This document shows, one piece after another, positions 29,730 to 40,003 of a stretch of 64,000 nt of DNA. Both the position numbers and the translations under genes were made by a program. Numbering within the stretch: position 1 is the stretch's first letter; every line of letters starts with the position of its first letter. The stretch comes from Vicinamibacterales bacterium (GTDB lineage Bacteria > Acidobacteriota > Vicinamibacteria > Vicinamibacterales > SCN-69-37), in contig JBDSZL010000018.1 in NCBI GenBank assembly GCA_039925145.1, positions 441 through 64,440 on the forward strand, written 5' to 3'. Below the pieces are notes generated by a model that saw only the letters and a program-made list of their open reading frames with translations, had not been told where the DNA came from and made no database searches.

Positions 29730-31829
29730 TCACCGGCGCCCCCAGGGCAGCACGTAGCCCGCCGACAACGCGGTGGCGTGGTCTCGCAGGCCATAGGCGA
29801 CGTCGAGCCTCACGGTTCCATTGCCGCCCGGGGTCCTGAGCCGCACGCCGGTCCCAATGTCGACATGCGTCCGAGCAGCACCTGGAGCGTCCAGCACCCG
29901 CTTCCAGGCCCTCGCCGTGTCAACGAAGCCGACCAGCGCCACGCCTCCGTAGGGAGTCGCCAGCACCGGGTGCTCGTATTCTGCTGTCGCAAAACTCAAG
30001 CGCCGTCCAAACGCCTCGCCGACCACGATGCCGTCGTCGAGCAGCGGGTGCGCGCGCAACAGCGCACCGCGCCCCTTTCCGGTGCTTGCACCAGGCCAGG
30101 CGGCGAGTGGTGCATCGTGAGTCGCTGCAGCCGAGCCTACCAGCAGCGACAGGAGAGGCTTGTTGCCCTGTCGACCCAGGCGCGCGGTGATGACGATCCC
30201 GCCGTTGGCAAACGACGGGGCACCGCTCGTCCGTGTCCATCGACTGGCGCTGGCGATGACCGCCACACGATCGCGCGACAGGCGGACGTTGGCGGTGCCG
30301 TCGACTGAGACGTAGCGACTGGCCGCCAGATGATCCAGTGAGACGCCGCCCTGCAGAAGCAGCCAACTGGTCATCCATTCGGACAACCCCGCACTGACTC
30401 GCCGTCGATCCTCGCGAACCGGGGCGTCTCCGAGGCTTCCGAACTGATACGTCTGCCGTTCCCAGAATGCCTCCATCCGCAGGATGCCGGGCAGCCGCCC
30501 TGGCGCGGGCACGTCCAGGCCCAGCAGAATGCGGGGCCGGTTACGCTGAAAACGAAAGGCCGGACTGAAGACCTCGCCTTCACCCGCCAGGCCCGAGATG
30601 TCGAGGTGAACTTCTTTCTGGAAGGCGGCGCGCAGCCCGACACCAGCCCAGCCAATCAGCCCGATGGGCAGCGCGCTTCTTTCGGCCACGGTCGCAGTGA
30701 CCGATGCTTCGCCGTCGCTCTGCGGCTCGTATTTCACGCCGACCACCGCCGCGACGGGCAACTCGGCCAGCCGGCGCTCGGCACGCGCAAACTTCTCCGA
30801 TGTCAATAACGTGCGCGGCTGAAGGCCAAGCAGGTCGACCACTATGGGATACCGTGTACTGAGTGGACCTCCGACGGTCACGATGCCGACCCGCGGCAAC
30901 CCGATCGCGTTCCACGCGTCCAGTGCCGCACGCGAGTTGCCGGTCACGAATCTCGCTGTTGCGAGCAACTCCCACCCGTACCGATCGGTCGGCGCGAGTC
31001 GAACCGCACGTTCCGCCAGCTGGCGCGACTCGTCGTAACGACGCTGCAGCAGGCGCACTCCGGCCAGCTCCCGCCAGGCTGACGCGTCGCGACTGCAGTC
31101 GGTGGTCGCCGAAACCAGGCCGCGCTCGGCTTCGTCGAGCCGTCCACTCTGCGCCGCGCTGACGCTCTGCTGAATGAGCGATGAACAGGGACTGGCGTCT
31201 TCCGGCGCCGTGGTGTCGGGCGCCGGGCCGCCTGGGGCTGACGGCGCCGCGGCAGTTCGAGGCGCCGACTCGTCCGGCGGCATCACGAGGAGCATCCAGC
31301 GATCGGCAGCCGCCCACCGGCGGTCGAACTCCTGCCAGGTCATCGATACCAGGGGCGACCGCGCGGGATCGTGGTACACGAGTTGTGCACCAGAGGCTCC
31401 GACGACCACCACATAGTGGTAAACGCCGGGGCGATCCTCAATCATCGCAATAACCGGCCGTCCGGCGGCCAGGTGCGCCTGCAACTGCTCCTGCGTCCCC
31501 GCCGTCGCCGCCGCGCGCCAGCCACGATCGAGCGCTGCCTGCGTGAGCCGGCTTGCGCGAATGCCTTTTCTATCGGCATCGAGCAGCGAGGCAAAATCCT
31601 GCGCGAAGACGTCGCGAGCGCCCCAGTATCGCAGCACCATCGCCAGGGACGCGCCGCCACACAGTTGTTCGGTTTGAGTGAGATACGGCACCTGAAGCAG
31701 CGCCGGAGACGTGGACACCGCCGGAGGAACGGGGCGGCCGTTGGTGTCGACCTGCACCGCGTGCGCTGCCGGCGTCAGGAGAAGAATCCCCAACGCCAGC
31801 AGCGAGCGGAAACGAGAAGAAGGCGTCAC
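29730..31829 (-). CDS. Fusion protein: C39-like cysteine peptidase, TPR region and Omp85/BamA-type beta-barrel
   Basis: Signal peptide. C39-like VPYLTQTEQLCGGASLAMVLRYWG ... VYHYVVVVG. TPR-like middle. C-terminus FVDTARAW..VDIGTGVRLRTPGGNGTVRLDVAYGL (surface-antigen barrel motif). Confidence 0.7.
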   Translation of the reverse strand: MTPSSRFRSLLALGILLLTPAAHAVQVDTNGRPVPPAVSTSPALLQVPYLTQTEQLCGGASLAMVLRYWGARDVFAQDFASLLDADRKGIRASRLTQAALDRGWRAAATAGTQEQLQAHLAAGRPVIAMIEDRPGVYHYVVVVGASGAQLVYHDPARSPLVSMTWQEFDRRWAAADRWMLLVMPPDESAPRTAAAPSAPGGPAPDTTAPEDASPCSSLIQQSVSAAQSGRLDEAERGLVSATTDCSRDASAWRELAGVRLLQRRYDESRQLAERAVRLAPTDRYGWELLATARFVTGNSRAALDAWNAIGLPRVGIVTVGGPLSTRYPIVVDLLGLQPRTLLTSEKFARAERRLAELPVAAVVGVKYEPQSDGEASVTATVAERSALPIGLIGWAGVGLRAAFQKEVHLDISGLAGEGEVFSPAFRFQRNRPRILLGLDVPAPGRLPGILRMEAFWERQTYQFGSLGDAPVREDRRRVSAGLSEWMTSWLLLQGGVSLDHLAASRYVSVDGTANVRLSRDRVAVIASASRWTRTSGAPSFANGGIVITARLGRQGNKPLLSLLVGSAAATHDAPLAAWPGASTGKGRGALLRAHPLLDDGIVVGEAFGRRLSFATAEYEHPVLATPYGGVALVGFVDTARAWKRVLDAPGAARTHVDIGTGVRLRTPGGNGTVRLDVAYGLRDHATALSAGYVLPWGRR

Positions 31830-31844
31830 AGTTGACGCCCTACT

Positions 31845-32231
31845 TTACTTCGCAATCACGATGATCAGGATCAACAGCAGCAGCAGAGTGGTCACCGAGA
31901 TGACGACGACGTTGGCGCCGCCGACGCGGTCGGCGTCAATCGCGCGTGCGGGCTGTGCGAGCTGGTCGAGGTCCGCTCCACTCATCGTGGACACCGCGGT
32001 CTTGGCCTGTTGCACGTCGACGCCCATCGTCGCCGCCAGCTGCCGCACGTCCTGGCGGTCGAGCACCTTGGTGACGACGTCACGGTTGGCCTGATCGGCA
32101 GACGCCTTCTCGGCGACGGCTTGCTGCATGGCTGTTGTATTGGCCGCGTGCTGTTGGGCCCATGCCGGAGACGTGGAGAGAACCGCCATCAATGTTAGCC
32201 ACACCATCGTTGAACGAATACGCATATGCAC
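31845..32231 (-). CDS. PA2779-like small protein (signal peptide plus C-terminal TM anchor)
   Basis: 128 aa with signal peptide and terminal LLLLLILIIVIAK anchor. Lies 15 nt upstream of the C39-family gene, as in the PA2779/PA2778 pairing as I recall it. Confidence 0.5.
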   Translation of the reverse strand: MHMRIRSTMVWLTLMAVLSTSPAWAQQHAANTTAMQQAVAEKASADQANRDVVTKVLDRQDVRQLAATMGVDVQQAKTAVSTMSGADLDQLAQPARAIDADRVGGANVVVISVTTLLLLLILIIVIAK

Positions 32232-32439
32232 CTCGATCGATTCACAGAAGTTCGTTGACTCGGAGAAATTTCAATTGGGCTGGCTGCAAGAAGGGTGCCC
32301 ATCAATCACCCCCGGTCTGCTCGTCCGCAGAACTGCCCCACTGCGCCACCCTTCATGCAGCCGTCGCCCAGACTCAGCGTCGCAGTGTGCAGAGTGTTGC
32401 CGAAGAATAGTAGCACCGGGTTCAGTTTCGCGCTGGCCA

Positions 32440-33249
32440 TTAACCGCTTGGAGCGGCTGGGATCCAGAGCGTACGCGCCGTCAATGTCTGCCGCGCGAAG
32501 CCCGCATCACGATCGAAGTCGCGCAGCAACGGCGGGAGGGGTATGTCGAACTTCCAGTCGCTCGAAACCGCGCCGAACGGTTGCAATGCCTCGCGCCAAC
32601 CTGTCCACCAGGGGGTGACCTGGCGGGCAATCGGTTCAACGACAAGTAGCGCGGTGCCGCGCGCAGCGAGCGTGCCCACGATCTGCAGCAGGCGCTCTCG
32701 CGCGGGCTGGGCCAGCTCGTTGACACTCCAGCCCAGCACCACGGCTGTCGACCCGCCGCGCGTCGCGGCAAGCTCGGCGGCGGCGTCGACCATGTCGCCT
32801 CGTTTCGTCCGTCCGTGGAGCCCAAGCGTTCGCCAGTTCCAGGCGGCTTCGCGTAGCAGCCACTCGTTTCGATCGACGCCGATCAACCGCGTGCCTGCGC
32901 CCGTGGCCAGCGCCCAGCCGGCACACGCCACGCCCGTGCCGCAGCCAAGATCGGTAACCGTGCCCGCCGTCAGCGCGCGAGGGCCGAGCGTACGCGCGAT
33001 CTCGGACACCGTGAGGAGATGGAGCGGCGCGTAGAAGGCGGCAAATGCCGCGCGCTTGCCAGCGGAGTCCAACGGACTTCGGTTGGACAGTTCGGCGCGC
33101 CGTTCTACATAGCGGGCCGACAGCGCGCGCACGCTCTTCAATAATTCGGCTCGGGTGAGCTCGGTGGTGTGCCGCTGAATCAGTGCGTCAATCCATCTAT
33201 CGACGCGCGTCGCCGTTGCCAACGGCGCATCTCGGTCTCCAGAAGTCAC
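32440..33249 (-). CDS. Class I SAM-dependent methyltransferase
   Basis: Motif I VTDLGCGTGVACAGWA. Confidence 0.65.
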   Translation of the reverse strand: MTSGDRDAPLATATRVDRWIDALIQRHTTELTRAELLKSVRALSARYVERRAELSNRSPLDSAGKRAAFAAFYAPLHLLTVSEIARTLGPRALTAGTVTDLGCGTGVACAGWALATGAGTRLIGVDRNEWLLREAAWNWRTLGLHGRTKRGDMVDAAAELAATRGGSTAVVLGWSVNELAQPARERLLQIVGTLAARGTALLVVEPIARQVTPWWTGWREALQPFGAVSSDWKFDIPLPPLLRDFDRDAGFARQTLTARTLWIPAAPSG

Positions 33250-33279
33250 ACGAGACCGGCCGAGAGGACATTCATGCGA

Positions 33280-33486
33280 TTACCAGCCGCAGCAGTCGGT
33301 CTTGTATCCGCACGCGGGGCAGCGCCACACCGCGTGCATGCGAAACATCTCGGCCCGGCAGCGATCGCAGAGAAACGCGTCGGCACTCTGTGCAGGGTGG
33401 ACCGTACGGACCGGTGCCGGCGCAGAGATGGGCTGCGGGTGTGACGGACCGGTCTTCGAGGGGCCTTGGCGGGGGATGTCGGCCAT
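33280..33486 (-). CDS. Small zinc-ribbon protein (68 aa)
   Basis: This is only the last 68 codons of the 409-aa minus ORF: MADIPRQG...FLCDRCRAEMFRMHAVWRCPACGYKTDCCGW (CxxC..CxxC). The upstream part of that ORF is antisense to the YihY gene. Confidence 0.5.
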   Translation of the reverse strand: MADIPRQGPSKTGPSHPQPISAPAPVRTVHPAQSADAFLCDRCRAEMFRMHAVWRCPACGYKTDCCGW

Positions 33487-33561
33487 GCGCCGATTATACG
33501 GGTGTCGCTCCGCTACAATGGGATCAAGTGGCGGGTCCAAGCCGTGAGGGAGCCTCTCTTG

Positions 33562-34500
33562 GTGACTGAACGCCTTGTGCAGGCGGCGCCTGTCGCGCTT
33601 CGCAAGCGGCCGTTTCAGGTGCGTGCCTGGCGTGCGGTCAATCTCGCGCGCCGTGCCGCAGGCCGCGGTGTCGTGGAGTTCTACAACAGCGACAACCTGA
33701 CCTTTGCCGCCTCGATCGCGTACTACGCGCTGCTCTCCCTGTTTCCCTTCCTGCTCCTGGTGTTGACGATGCTGAGCCGGGTAAAACTCGGCCAGAATGG
33801 CGACAGCGGCGCGCGGCTGCTCGCGATGGTGGCGACGGCTGTCCCCAGGCGGTTTGAGTTCCTGTTCTCGCAACTGCAGGAGCTCACCTCCGCGCCATTG
33901 AAGCTGAGCCTGGCCGGGACTGTCGTGACGCTGTGGGCCTCGATGGGTGTCTTCGGCGCGATCACTTCGGCGGTCAACCATGCGTGGGGCGTAGAGCGGT
34001 CGTACAGCTTCCTCAAACACAAGCTGATCGCCTTCATCATGATGCTGGCGGCCGGCGTGCTCGCGGTGACCGCGTTGACACTGGTCAGCGTGACGCAGGT
34101 GGTCGAAGCCCACTGGTTTGCCGGCATTCTGATGCGGTATCCCGAGCTCGCCGAGTTCTCGGGGTTTCTCTACAAGAACGCCGCCACCCTGATGTTCGTG
34201 CTCGTCGTCGGACTGATCTATTACTTCGTGCCCAACGCGCAGGTGCGGCTGCGCGACGTGTGGTTCGGCGCGGTGCTCGCCGGCGTGCTGTGGCGCCTGG
34301 CCTTCGATGGATTCGCCTGGTACGTGCGCGACCTCTCGCGCTTCAGCGTTCACGGCTCGGTCGCCGCCGTGGTCGTGTTTCTCATCTGGATCTATCTGTC
34401 GGCGGTCATCATCTTGTACGGCGTCGAGGTCACGGCGGCTTACGCCCGTCTTCGGAAGCATCTGCCTCAGCAGGTACCTGCCGCGCCCGCGCGAGAGTGA
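33562..34500 (+). CDS. YihY/virulence factor BrkB family membrane protein
   Basis: [29 protein letters not shown]... and [15 protein letters not shown]. Start at GTG 33562 (or TTG 33559). Confidence 0.75.
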   Translation: MTERLVQAAPVALRKRPFQVRAWRAVNLARRAAGRGVVEFYNSDNLTFAASIAYYALLSLFPFLLLVLTMLSRVKLGQNGDSGARLLAMVATAVPRRFEFLFSQLQELTSAPLKLSLAGTVVTLWASMGVFGAITSAVNHAWGVERSYSFLKHKLIAFIMMLAAGVLAVTALTLVSVTQVVEAHWFAGILMRYPELAEFSGFLYKNAATLMFVLVVGLIYYFVPNAQVRLRDVWFGAVLAGVLWRLAFDGFAWYVRDLSRFSVHGSVAAVVVFLIWIYLSAVIILYGVEVTAAYARLRKHLPQQVPAAPARE

Positions 34501-34586
34501 AGACCCCACGACGCCTGACGCGCCGGCAAACGCACGACCTGCACACTACAGATCACCAGTCGGACCCGCTCTCCATATACTCGGGT

Positions 34587-36797
34587 ATGCCTAATCGCCT
34601 CGCGCGCGAGCGCAGCCCCTACCTGCTCCAGCATGCCGAGAACCCGGTCGACTGGTATCCGTGGGGCAGTGAGGCGTTCGAGCGCGCCCGCCTGGACGAC
34701 AAACCGATCTTCCTCTCTATCGGGTACTCGACGTGCCACTGGTGCCACGTCATGGCGCACGAGTCATTCGAGGACCCGGCCGTCGCTCTGGTGCTCAACC
34801 GTGACTTCGTGAGCATCAAACTGGATCGCGAAGAGCGGCCTGACGTGGACAGGGTCTACATGATGTTCATCCAGGCCACCACGGGGTCAGGCGGATGGCC
34901 GATGAGCGTCTGGCTCACGCCCGACCTCAAGCCATTCTTCGGTGGCACGTATTTTCCCCCGACGTCCCGGTGGGGACGGCCCGGTTTCGTCGAAATTCTT
35001 GACCAACTGTCGAGCGCCTGGCGGACCGAGCGCGGCGACGTCGCTCGTACGGCAGACGACATCGTCGATCGCCTTCGCGAGGCGACTGGAGCCGCTGCCG
35101 GCGCGGCCGAAACCGGGAGTGGATCGGTGGCGGGGCGCGATGCGATCGAGGTTGGCGTGGCCTCTTTCGCGCAGACGTTCGATGCCCGCCACGGTGGGTT
35201 TGGCGGGGCGCCAAAGTTTCCGCGTCCAGCCGAGCTGTTGTTTCTGCTCGAGGCTTACGCGCTGACTGACGACTGGAAGGCGCGCTCCATGGCACTCGAG
35301 ACGCTGCGTCACATGTCGCTTGGCGGAATGCGCGATCACCTCGGCGGCGGCTTTCATCGTTACTCGGTCGACGCTGAGTGGCGTGTGCCGCACTTCGAGA
35401 AGATGCTGTACGACCAGGCCCAGCTCGTGCTCGCCTACCTCGATGCCGCGCAACTCAGCGGCGACAGCGACTATGCCTGGGTTGCCGAAGACACGCTCGC
35501 GTACGTCCGGCGCGATCTCACCGGGCCAGACGGTGCCTTCTACTCGGCAGAAGACGCCGACTCGGCGGTTCCGTCAGAGACTGCGCCAACCGCCGCGTCC
35601 GGACAGGACGCATCAGTGCCGGCCAGTCATGCGCACGCCGAGAAGAAGGAGGGTGCCTTCTACATCTGGACGCTTGGCGAAATTACCAAGCTGCTGGGCG
35701 ACGACGCGCCTGTGGTGACACGGCGTTTCGGCGTGGAGTTGCAGGGCAACGCCCTCGCGGATCCGCAGGGTGAATTCAGGGGGCAGAACATTCTCTACGT
35801 GGCGCAGACCATCGACGACGTGGCGGCCCGGAGCGGGCGAGCGGTCGGCGAGGTCACGAGCGCGCTCGATCGTGCGCAGCAACGACTACTCGAGGCGCGA
35901 TCCGCGCGCCCTCGACCTCACCTCGATGACAAGGTCATCACGGCGTGGAATGGTCTCATGATCGCGGCGTTCGCAAGGGCCGCACGCGTGCTCGTCAACA
36001 GTCCGCGTCGCGACGAATGGCGCGATGCGGCCGCGCGAGCGGCGACGCGAGTGCGGACTGTGCTCTGGGATGCCAGCAGCCGAACGCTGCTGCGACGCTA
36101 TAGCGACGGCGAAGCCGCCATCGAAGGCTTCTGCGAGGATTACGCCTACCTGACGTGGGGCGTCATCGAGCTGTTCCAGGCCACGGGACGCGCCGTGTGG
36201 CTGGATTGGGCGATCGAGCTGGCAAACGAGCAAACGCGGCGCTTCTACGACGACGCGGACGGCGGCTGGTTCAGCACCACCGGCGCTGACTCCTCGGTCC
36301 TGCTCCGTGTCAAGGAAGACTACGACGGCGCGGAGCCGGCCGCCGCGTCAGTCACGGTGCGCAATCTGCTCGTACTCGGACGCCTCACTGGCGAACCGTC
36401 GTTCGAGCAGCGCGCCGGCAGGACGCTCGAGCGCTATGGGCCGCAACTCGGACGGGCCGTACGGGTGATGCCGCTGATGGTGGCGAATCTCGTGCTCTGG
36501 CATGGAGGCGGCACACAGATCGTGATCGTCGGGACAAGCGGTGCCTCCGACGTGCGTGCCCTCGAGGCTGTCGTCGCCCGCCACTATCTGCCATGGGCCG
36601 TCACGGTGCCGCTCGGCGATGACGCGGGCGACGCCCTGGCCACGCGGCTTCCGTGGATGGGGGCGATGGTCCGACGTAACGCTGGCGCGACCGCATTTGT
36701 CTGCGACAACTTCACGTGTCGAGAGCCCGTTACGACTCCCGAAGCGCTCGACGAACAGCTCGACGCAATCGCGCGTGGGAAGAAGATTCGGGTCTGA
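34587..36797 (+). CDS. Thioredoxin-domain protein, DUF255/YyaL (SPATA20-like) family
   Basis: [38 protein letters not shown]. The 218 codons upstream in the 954-aa ORF overlap YihY and were rejected. Confidence 0.85.
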   Translation: MPNRLARERSPYLLQHAENPVDWYPWGSEAFERARLDDKPIFLSIGYSTCHWCHVMAHESFEDPAVALVLNRDFVSIKLDREERPDVDRVYMMFIQATTGSGGWPMSVWLTPDLKPFFGGTYFPPTSRWGRPGFVEILDQLSSAWRTERGDVARTADDIVDRLREATGAAAGAAETGSGSVAGRDAIEVGVASFAQTFDARHGGFGGAPKFPRPAELLFLLEAYALTDDWKARSMALETLRHMSLGGMRDHLGGGFHRYSVDAEWRVPHFEKMLYDQAQLVLAYLDAAQLSGDSDYAWVAEDTLAYVRRDLTGPDGAFYSAEDADSAVPSETAPTAASGQDASVPASHAHAEKKEGAFYIWTLGEITKLLGDDAPVVTRRFGVELQGNALADPQGEFRGQNILYVAQTIDDVAARSGRAVGEVTSALDRAQQRLLEARSARPRPHLDDKVITAWNGLMIAAFARAARVLVNSPRRDEWRDAAARAATRVRTVLWDASSRTLLRRYSDGEAAIEGFCEDYAYLTWGVIELFQATGRAVWLDWAIELANEQTRRFYDDADGGWFSTTGADSSVLLRVKEDYDGAEPAAASVTVRNLLVLGRLTGEPSFEQRAGRTLERYGPQLGRAVRVMPLMVANLVLWHGGGTQIVIVGTSGASDVRALEAVVARHYLPWAVTVPLGDDAGDALATRLPWMGAMVRRNAGATAFVCDNFTCREPVTTPEALDEQLDAIARGKKIRV

Positions 36798-36824
36798 CCG
36801 GCCGTCGTCGTATACTCATCGCGC

Positions 36825-37187
36825 ATGACGTTTCCGGTTGAAATAGTGCTGAAGGGTCGCGACTTCGCCGTGACTGAGTCGATTGAGATTCCCCACGGCG
36901 AGCCCGCGTCGTGGGACGACAGCGCGGTTCACGACCTGCTCGTGGAAGTGCTCGGAGCCATGGCGCGACAGCAGGATCCTGCAGCGGCGAGCGGACGCGT
37001 CGTCGTGCTCCAGGGATTCAGCTGGATTGTCGAGCCGTTGAAGGATCAGGTGGTGATTGCCATCGAAATTCCGATGGGAGCCGCCGTCGCCGGCCCGTTC
37101 GCGATCGGCCAGGCCGAACTGGACTCGATGATCGCGCGCGTTCTTCGCGCAGAACGCCAGACGCTCGCGCCGAGCACCATCCACTAA
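36825..37187 (+). CDS. Hypothetical protein
   Basis: 120-aa ORF with protein-like composition. No domain recognised. Confidence 0.45.
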   Translation: MTFPVEIVLKGRDFAVTESIEIPHGEPASWDDSAVHDLLVEVLGAMARQQDPAAASGRVVVLQGFSWIVEPLKDQVVIAIEIPMGAAVAGPFAIGQAELDSMIARVLRAERQTLAPSTIH

Positions 37188-37226
37188 CAGCTACAGATCG
37201 AGCGCCACGACTTCGTGGAGTTCGAG

Positions 37227-37286
37227 GTGTACAGGAGACCGGGTCTCCCGAGCCAGGATTCATCGAGGGAGACCCGGTCTCTTAGA
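37227..37286. repeat. Palindromic REP/MITE-like repeat, copy 1
   Basis: GTGTACAGGAGACCGGGTCTCCCGAGCCAGGATTCATCGAGGGAGACCCGGTCTCTTAGA. The arms AGGAGACCGGGTCTCCC / GGGAGACCCGGTCTCTT form a ~17-bp hairpin. Lies between two convergent genes. Confidence 0.85.
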
Positions 37287-37339
37287 CCACCTGTGTCATG
37301 GCGCGATTCTACGACCGTTCGGCCGTGATGCACCCCCGG

Positions 37340-38101
37340 TCAGCGGACGAGGTAGATGACCGCGATCACCACGCCAAAAACGACGACTGCTGTGCGAAGG
37401 GTTGCGGGCCGCACACGTCCGGCGAGGCGGCCGCCGAGCGACCCGCCGATCAGCGCGCCGGCCGCCATGACCAGCCCGGCGGACCAGACCACCTGCCCTG
37501 AGAACAGAAAGAGGATCGCCGCGGCCAGATTCACGGCCAGCGCGATGGTCTGTTTCAACGCGTTGAGCCGGGTGAGCGTGTCGTCGAGTGTCAGTCCCAG
37601 AACGGCGAGCAGAATGACCCCGAGCCCGGCACCGAAGTAGCCGCCGTAAATAGCAGCGCTTCCGACAGGCAGCGTGACGCGGAGCAGCGACGCCTGACGC
37701 GCGTGGTGCTCGGGATGCTGCACCAGCCATCGTCGCAGTCTCTCCTGCGCCGCGAGCAGCCCGGAAGCCAGCAGAATCAGATAGGGGATAAGGGTTCGAA
37801 ACGCACGCTCGTTCGTGTGCAACAGCAGCAGGCCACCCGCGATGCCGCCGAGGGCGCCGATCGGCAGAGCGAGCCACAGCCGCCGCGACTGGCCTGCAAG
37901 GTCACGGCGCTGCGCGAAGATGCCGCCGACAAACCCCGGACAGAGTGCCACGGTGTTGGTCACGTTGGCGGCGACGGCGGGCACGCCCACGAACGTCAGC
38001 ACCGGAAACGAAATGAGCGTGCCCCCACCGGCGAGGGCGTTCACCGCGCCCGCCGCGACCGCGGCCAGCCCGACGAGGACGAGATCAACGACAGTCAGCA
38101 C
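37340..38101 (-). CDS. Sulfite exporter TauE/SafE family membrane protein
   Basis: [18 protein letters not shown] and a second half [14 protein letters not shown]. Start set at GTG 38101 because upstream codons translate the repeat copies. Confidence 0.75.
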   Translation of the reverse strand: MLTVVDLVLVGLAAVAAGAVNALAGGGTLISFPVLTFVGVPAVAANVTNTVALCPGFVGGIFAQRRDLAGQSRRLWLALPIGALGGIAGGLLLLHTNERAFRTLIPYLILLASGLLAAQERLRRWLVQHPEHHARQASLLRVTLPVGSAAIYGGYFGAGLGVILLAVLGLTLDDTLTRLNALKQTIALAVNLAAAILFLFSGQVVWSAGLVMAAGALIGGSLGGRLAGRVRPATLRTAVVVFGVVIAVIYLVR

Positions 38102-38117
38102 AGGACATTGTATGGGG

Positions 38118-38177
38118 GTGTACAGGAGACCGGGTCTCCCGAGCCAAGATCCGTCGAGGGAGACCCGGTCTCTTAGA
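38118..38177. repeat. Palindromic REP/MITE-like repeat, copy 2
   Basis: Near-identical to copy 1, in the same orientation. Confidence 0.85.
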
Positions 38178-38185
38178 TCGGGACA

Positions 38186-38241
38186 GTAGGAGACCGGGTC
38201 TCCCGAGTCGGGATTCATCGAGGGAGACCCGGTCTCTTAGA
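38186..38241. repeat. Palindromic REP/MITE-like repeat, copy 3
   Basis: Near-identical to copies 1 and 2. Lies 8 nt after copy 2 and abuts the truncated EamA reading frame. Confidence 0.85.
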
Positions 38242-38808
38242 CACTTCCTAGGCCAGCGCATCTCGATCACTCAGGCGGCCGGCATTGCGCTATCGCTGGC
38301 CGGGGTCGGCGCGATCGTGTTCCGGGGCGACTGGCACGGGCTGCTCGCGCTGCAGTTCGGAGCGGGCGATATCTGGATTGTGGCAGCGGTCTGCGTCTGG
38401 TCCACATACACGGTCCTGCTGCGGCGGCGGCCGCCAGAGTTGGAGCCGACGGTCTTTCTCTTGACGACGATCGTCGCGGGGCTCATCGCGATCTTCCCCG
38501 TCTACCTGGTCGAGCTCTATCGGGGCCCCGCGGCGCATCTCACCGGCCGCGGCGTCCTGGCGCTTGCGTACGTAGGCGTGCTGCCGTCGCTCGTCGGCTA
38601 TCTATTCTGGAACCCCGCCGTCGCCGAAGTTGGCCCCGGCCGTGCCGGCATCTTCATTCATCTGATGCCGATCTTCGGCACGCTGCTCGCCATGGTCTTC
38701 CTCGGCGAGTCACTCCACGGCTATCATGCGATCGGCGTTCTGCTGATTCTGACGGGCATCGTGCTCGCTACACGGCAGGACGGGTCAGCACGCGCCACAT
38801 CGCCTTAA
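38242..38808 (+). pseudogene. 5'-truncated DMT/EamA family transporter (last helix of EamA domain 1 plus all of domain 2)
   Basis: In-frame homology starts right after repeat copy 3: HFLGQRISITQAAGIALSLAGVGAIV (end of the first EamA domain), then a complete second domain. About 130 N-terminal residues are missing. GTG 38317 could still give a 5-TM product. Confidence 0.6.
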
Positions 38809-38843
38809 TTCTCGGCGCCCATTCACCTTCAGAGACCTCACTC

Positions 38844-39818
38844 ATGCACACACGTCGTCTTGGATCCAGCGGTCTGCAGTTCACACCAATCGGTCTCGGC
38901 ACATGGGCCATGGGCGGGGGAGGCTGGTTGTTCGGGTGGGGGGCGCAAGACGACGAGGCGTCGGTGGAGGCGATCCGGGCAGGACTCGACGCAGGAATCA
39001 ACTGGATCGATACCGCGGCTATCTACGGCCACGGCCACGCAGAGACCATCGTGGCGCAGGCGGTTGAGGGCCGCCGCGACCAGGTGCTGATCGCCACGAA
39101 ATGCGGACGCGTGTGGGAAGGCGACAGCCGCGTCATCGGCAAGTCGCTCCGTCGAGAGAGCATCATGGCCGAGGTGGAGGCCAGCCTGCGGCGTCTGAAG
39201 ATCGATGTGATCGACCTTTACCAGATTCACTGGCCAGAGCCAGACGAACAGGTGGAGGAGGGCTGGGCCGCCGTCCGCGACCTGATCGGGCAAGGGAAGG
39301 TGCGCTTCGGCGGTGTGTGCAACTTCAGCCTGTCGCAGCTCGAACGTGTGCAAGCCATCCACCCGGTGACGTCGCTGCAGCCGCCGTACAGCATGCTCCG
39401 GCGTGATATCGAGGCCGAGATCGTTCCCTGGTGCGCGACGCACGATGTGGGCATTCTTGCCTACAGCCCGATGCAGGCCGGCCTGCTCACCGGTACGTTC
39501 TCCGCCGCGCGCGCCGCCAGCCTGGGGGGCGACGACTGGCGCAGCCGGAACCCGATGTTTCAGGAGCCACAGCTGTCGACAAACCTGCGATTGGTCGACG
39601 GCCTCCGACCAATCGCCGTACGCCTGGGCATCACCGTGGCGCAGCTAACGCTGGCCTGGGTGCTGCGACTCCCCGAAATGACCTCCGCGATCGCCGGTGC
39701 GCGAAATGCCCAGCAGATTCAGGAGACCGTGAGCGCGGGCGACGTGCGCCTCGGCGCGGATGTCGTCCGTGAGATCGAGGGTCTGCTTCAGCAGCGTGAG
39801 CGGGAAATCGGCACGTAG
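38844..39818 (+). CDS. Aldo/keto reductase
   Basis: LGSSGLQFTPIGLGTWAMGG, IDTAAIYGHG, and LYQIHWPE motifs. Confidence 0.85.
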   Translation: MHTRRLGSSGLQFTPIGLGTWAMGGGGWLFGWGAQDDEASVEAIRAGLDAGINWIDTAAIYGHGHAETIVAQAVEGRRDQVLIATKCGRVWEGDSRVIGKSLRRESIMAEVEASLRRLKIDVIDLYQIHWPEPDEQVEEGWAAVRDLIGQGKVRFGGVCNFSLSQLERVQAIHPVTSLQPPYSMLRRDIEAEIVPWCATHDVGILAYSPMQAGLLTGTFSAARAASLGGDDWRSRNPMFQEPQLSTNLRLVDGLRPIAVRLGITVAQLTLAWVLRLPEMTSAIAGARNAQQIQETVSAGDVRLGADVVREIEGLLQQREREIGT

Positions 39819-40003
39819 GCGCTTCGGCGGCGCTCAGCCAAGCGCTTCGGCGAATCCCTGCACGAGTAGCGCGCCCACGAAGGCGCCTGGGTCCTCGACG
39901 CCGATCGTCTGCTCGCGGAATGCAGCGGCTTTGCCATGCTGCGCCGTGCCCCGAGCAGACCCGCCACCCAGCAGCGGCAGGAACACAGGGGACGCAACAT
40001 ATA

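Noticed and set aside
33487-34509. Upstream 341 codons of the 409-aa minus ORF, and the first 218 codons (33933..34586) of the 954-aa plus ORF
   Set aside because: Both overlap the well-supported YihY gene. Only the last 68 codons of the minus ORF (zinc ribbon) and the DUF255 part starting at ATG 34587 look like real proteins.
37227-38241. The three 55-60 bp repeats considered as a possible CRISPR array
   Set aside because: There are only three copies. Two are separated by 8 nt and the third lies 830 nt away across a gene. The units are long palindromes, and there is no regular spacer structure or cas gene.
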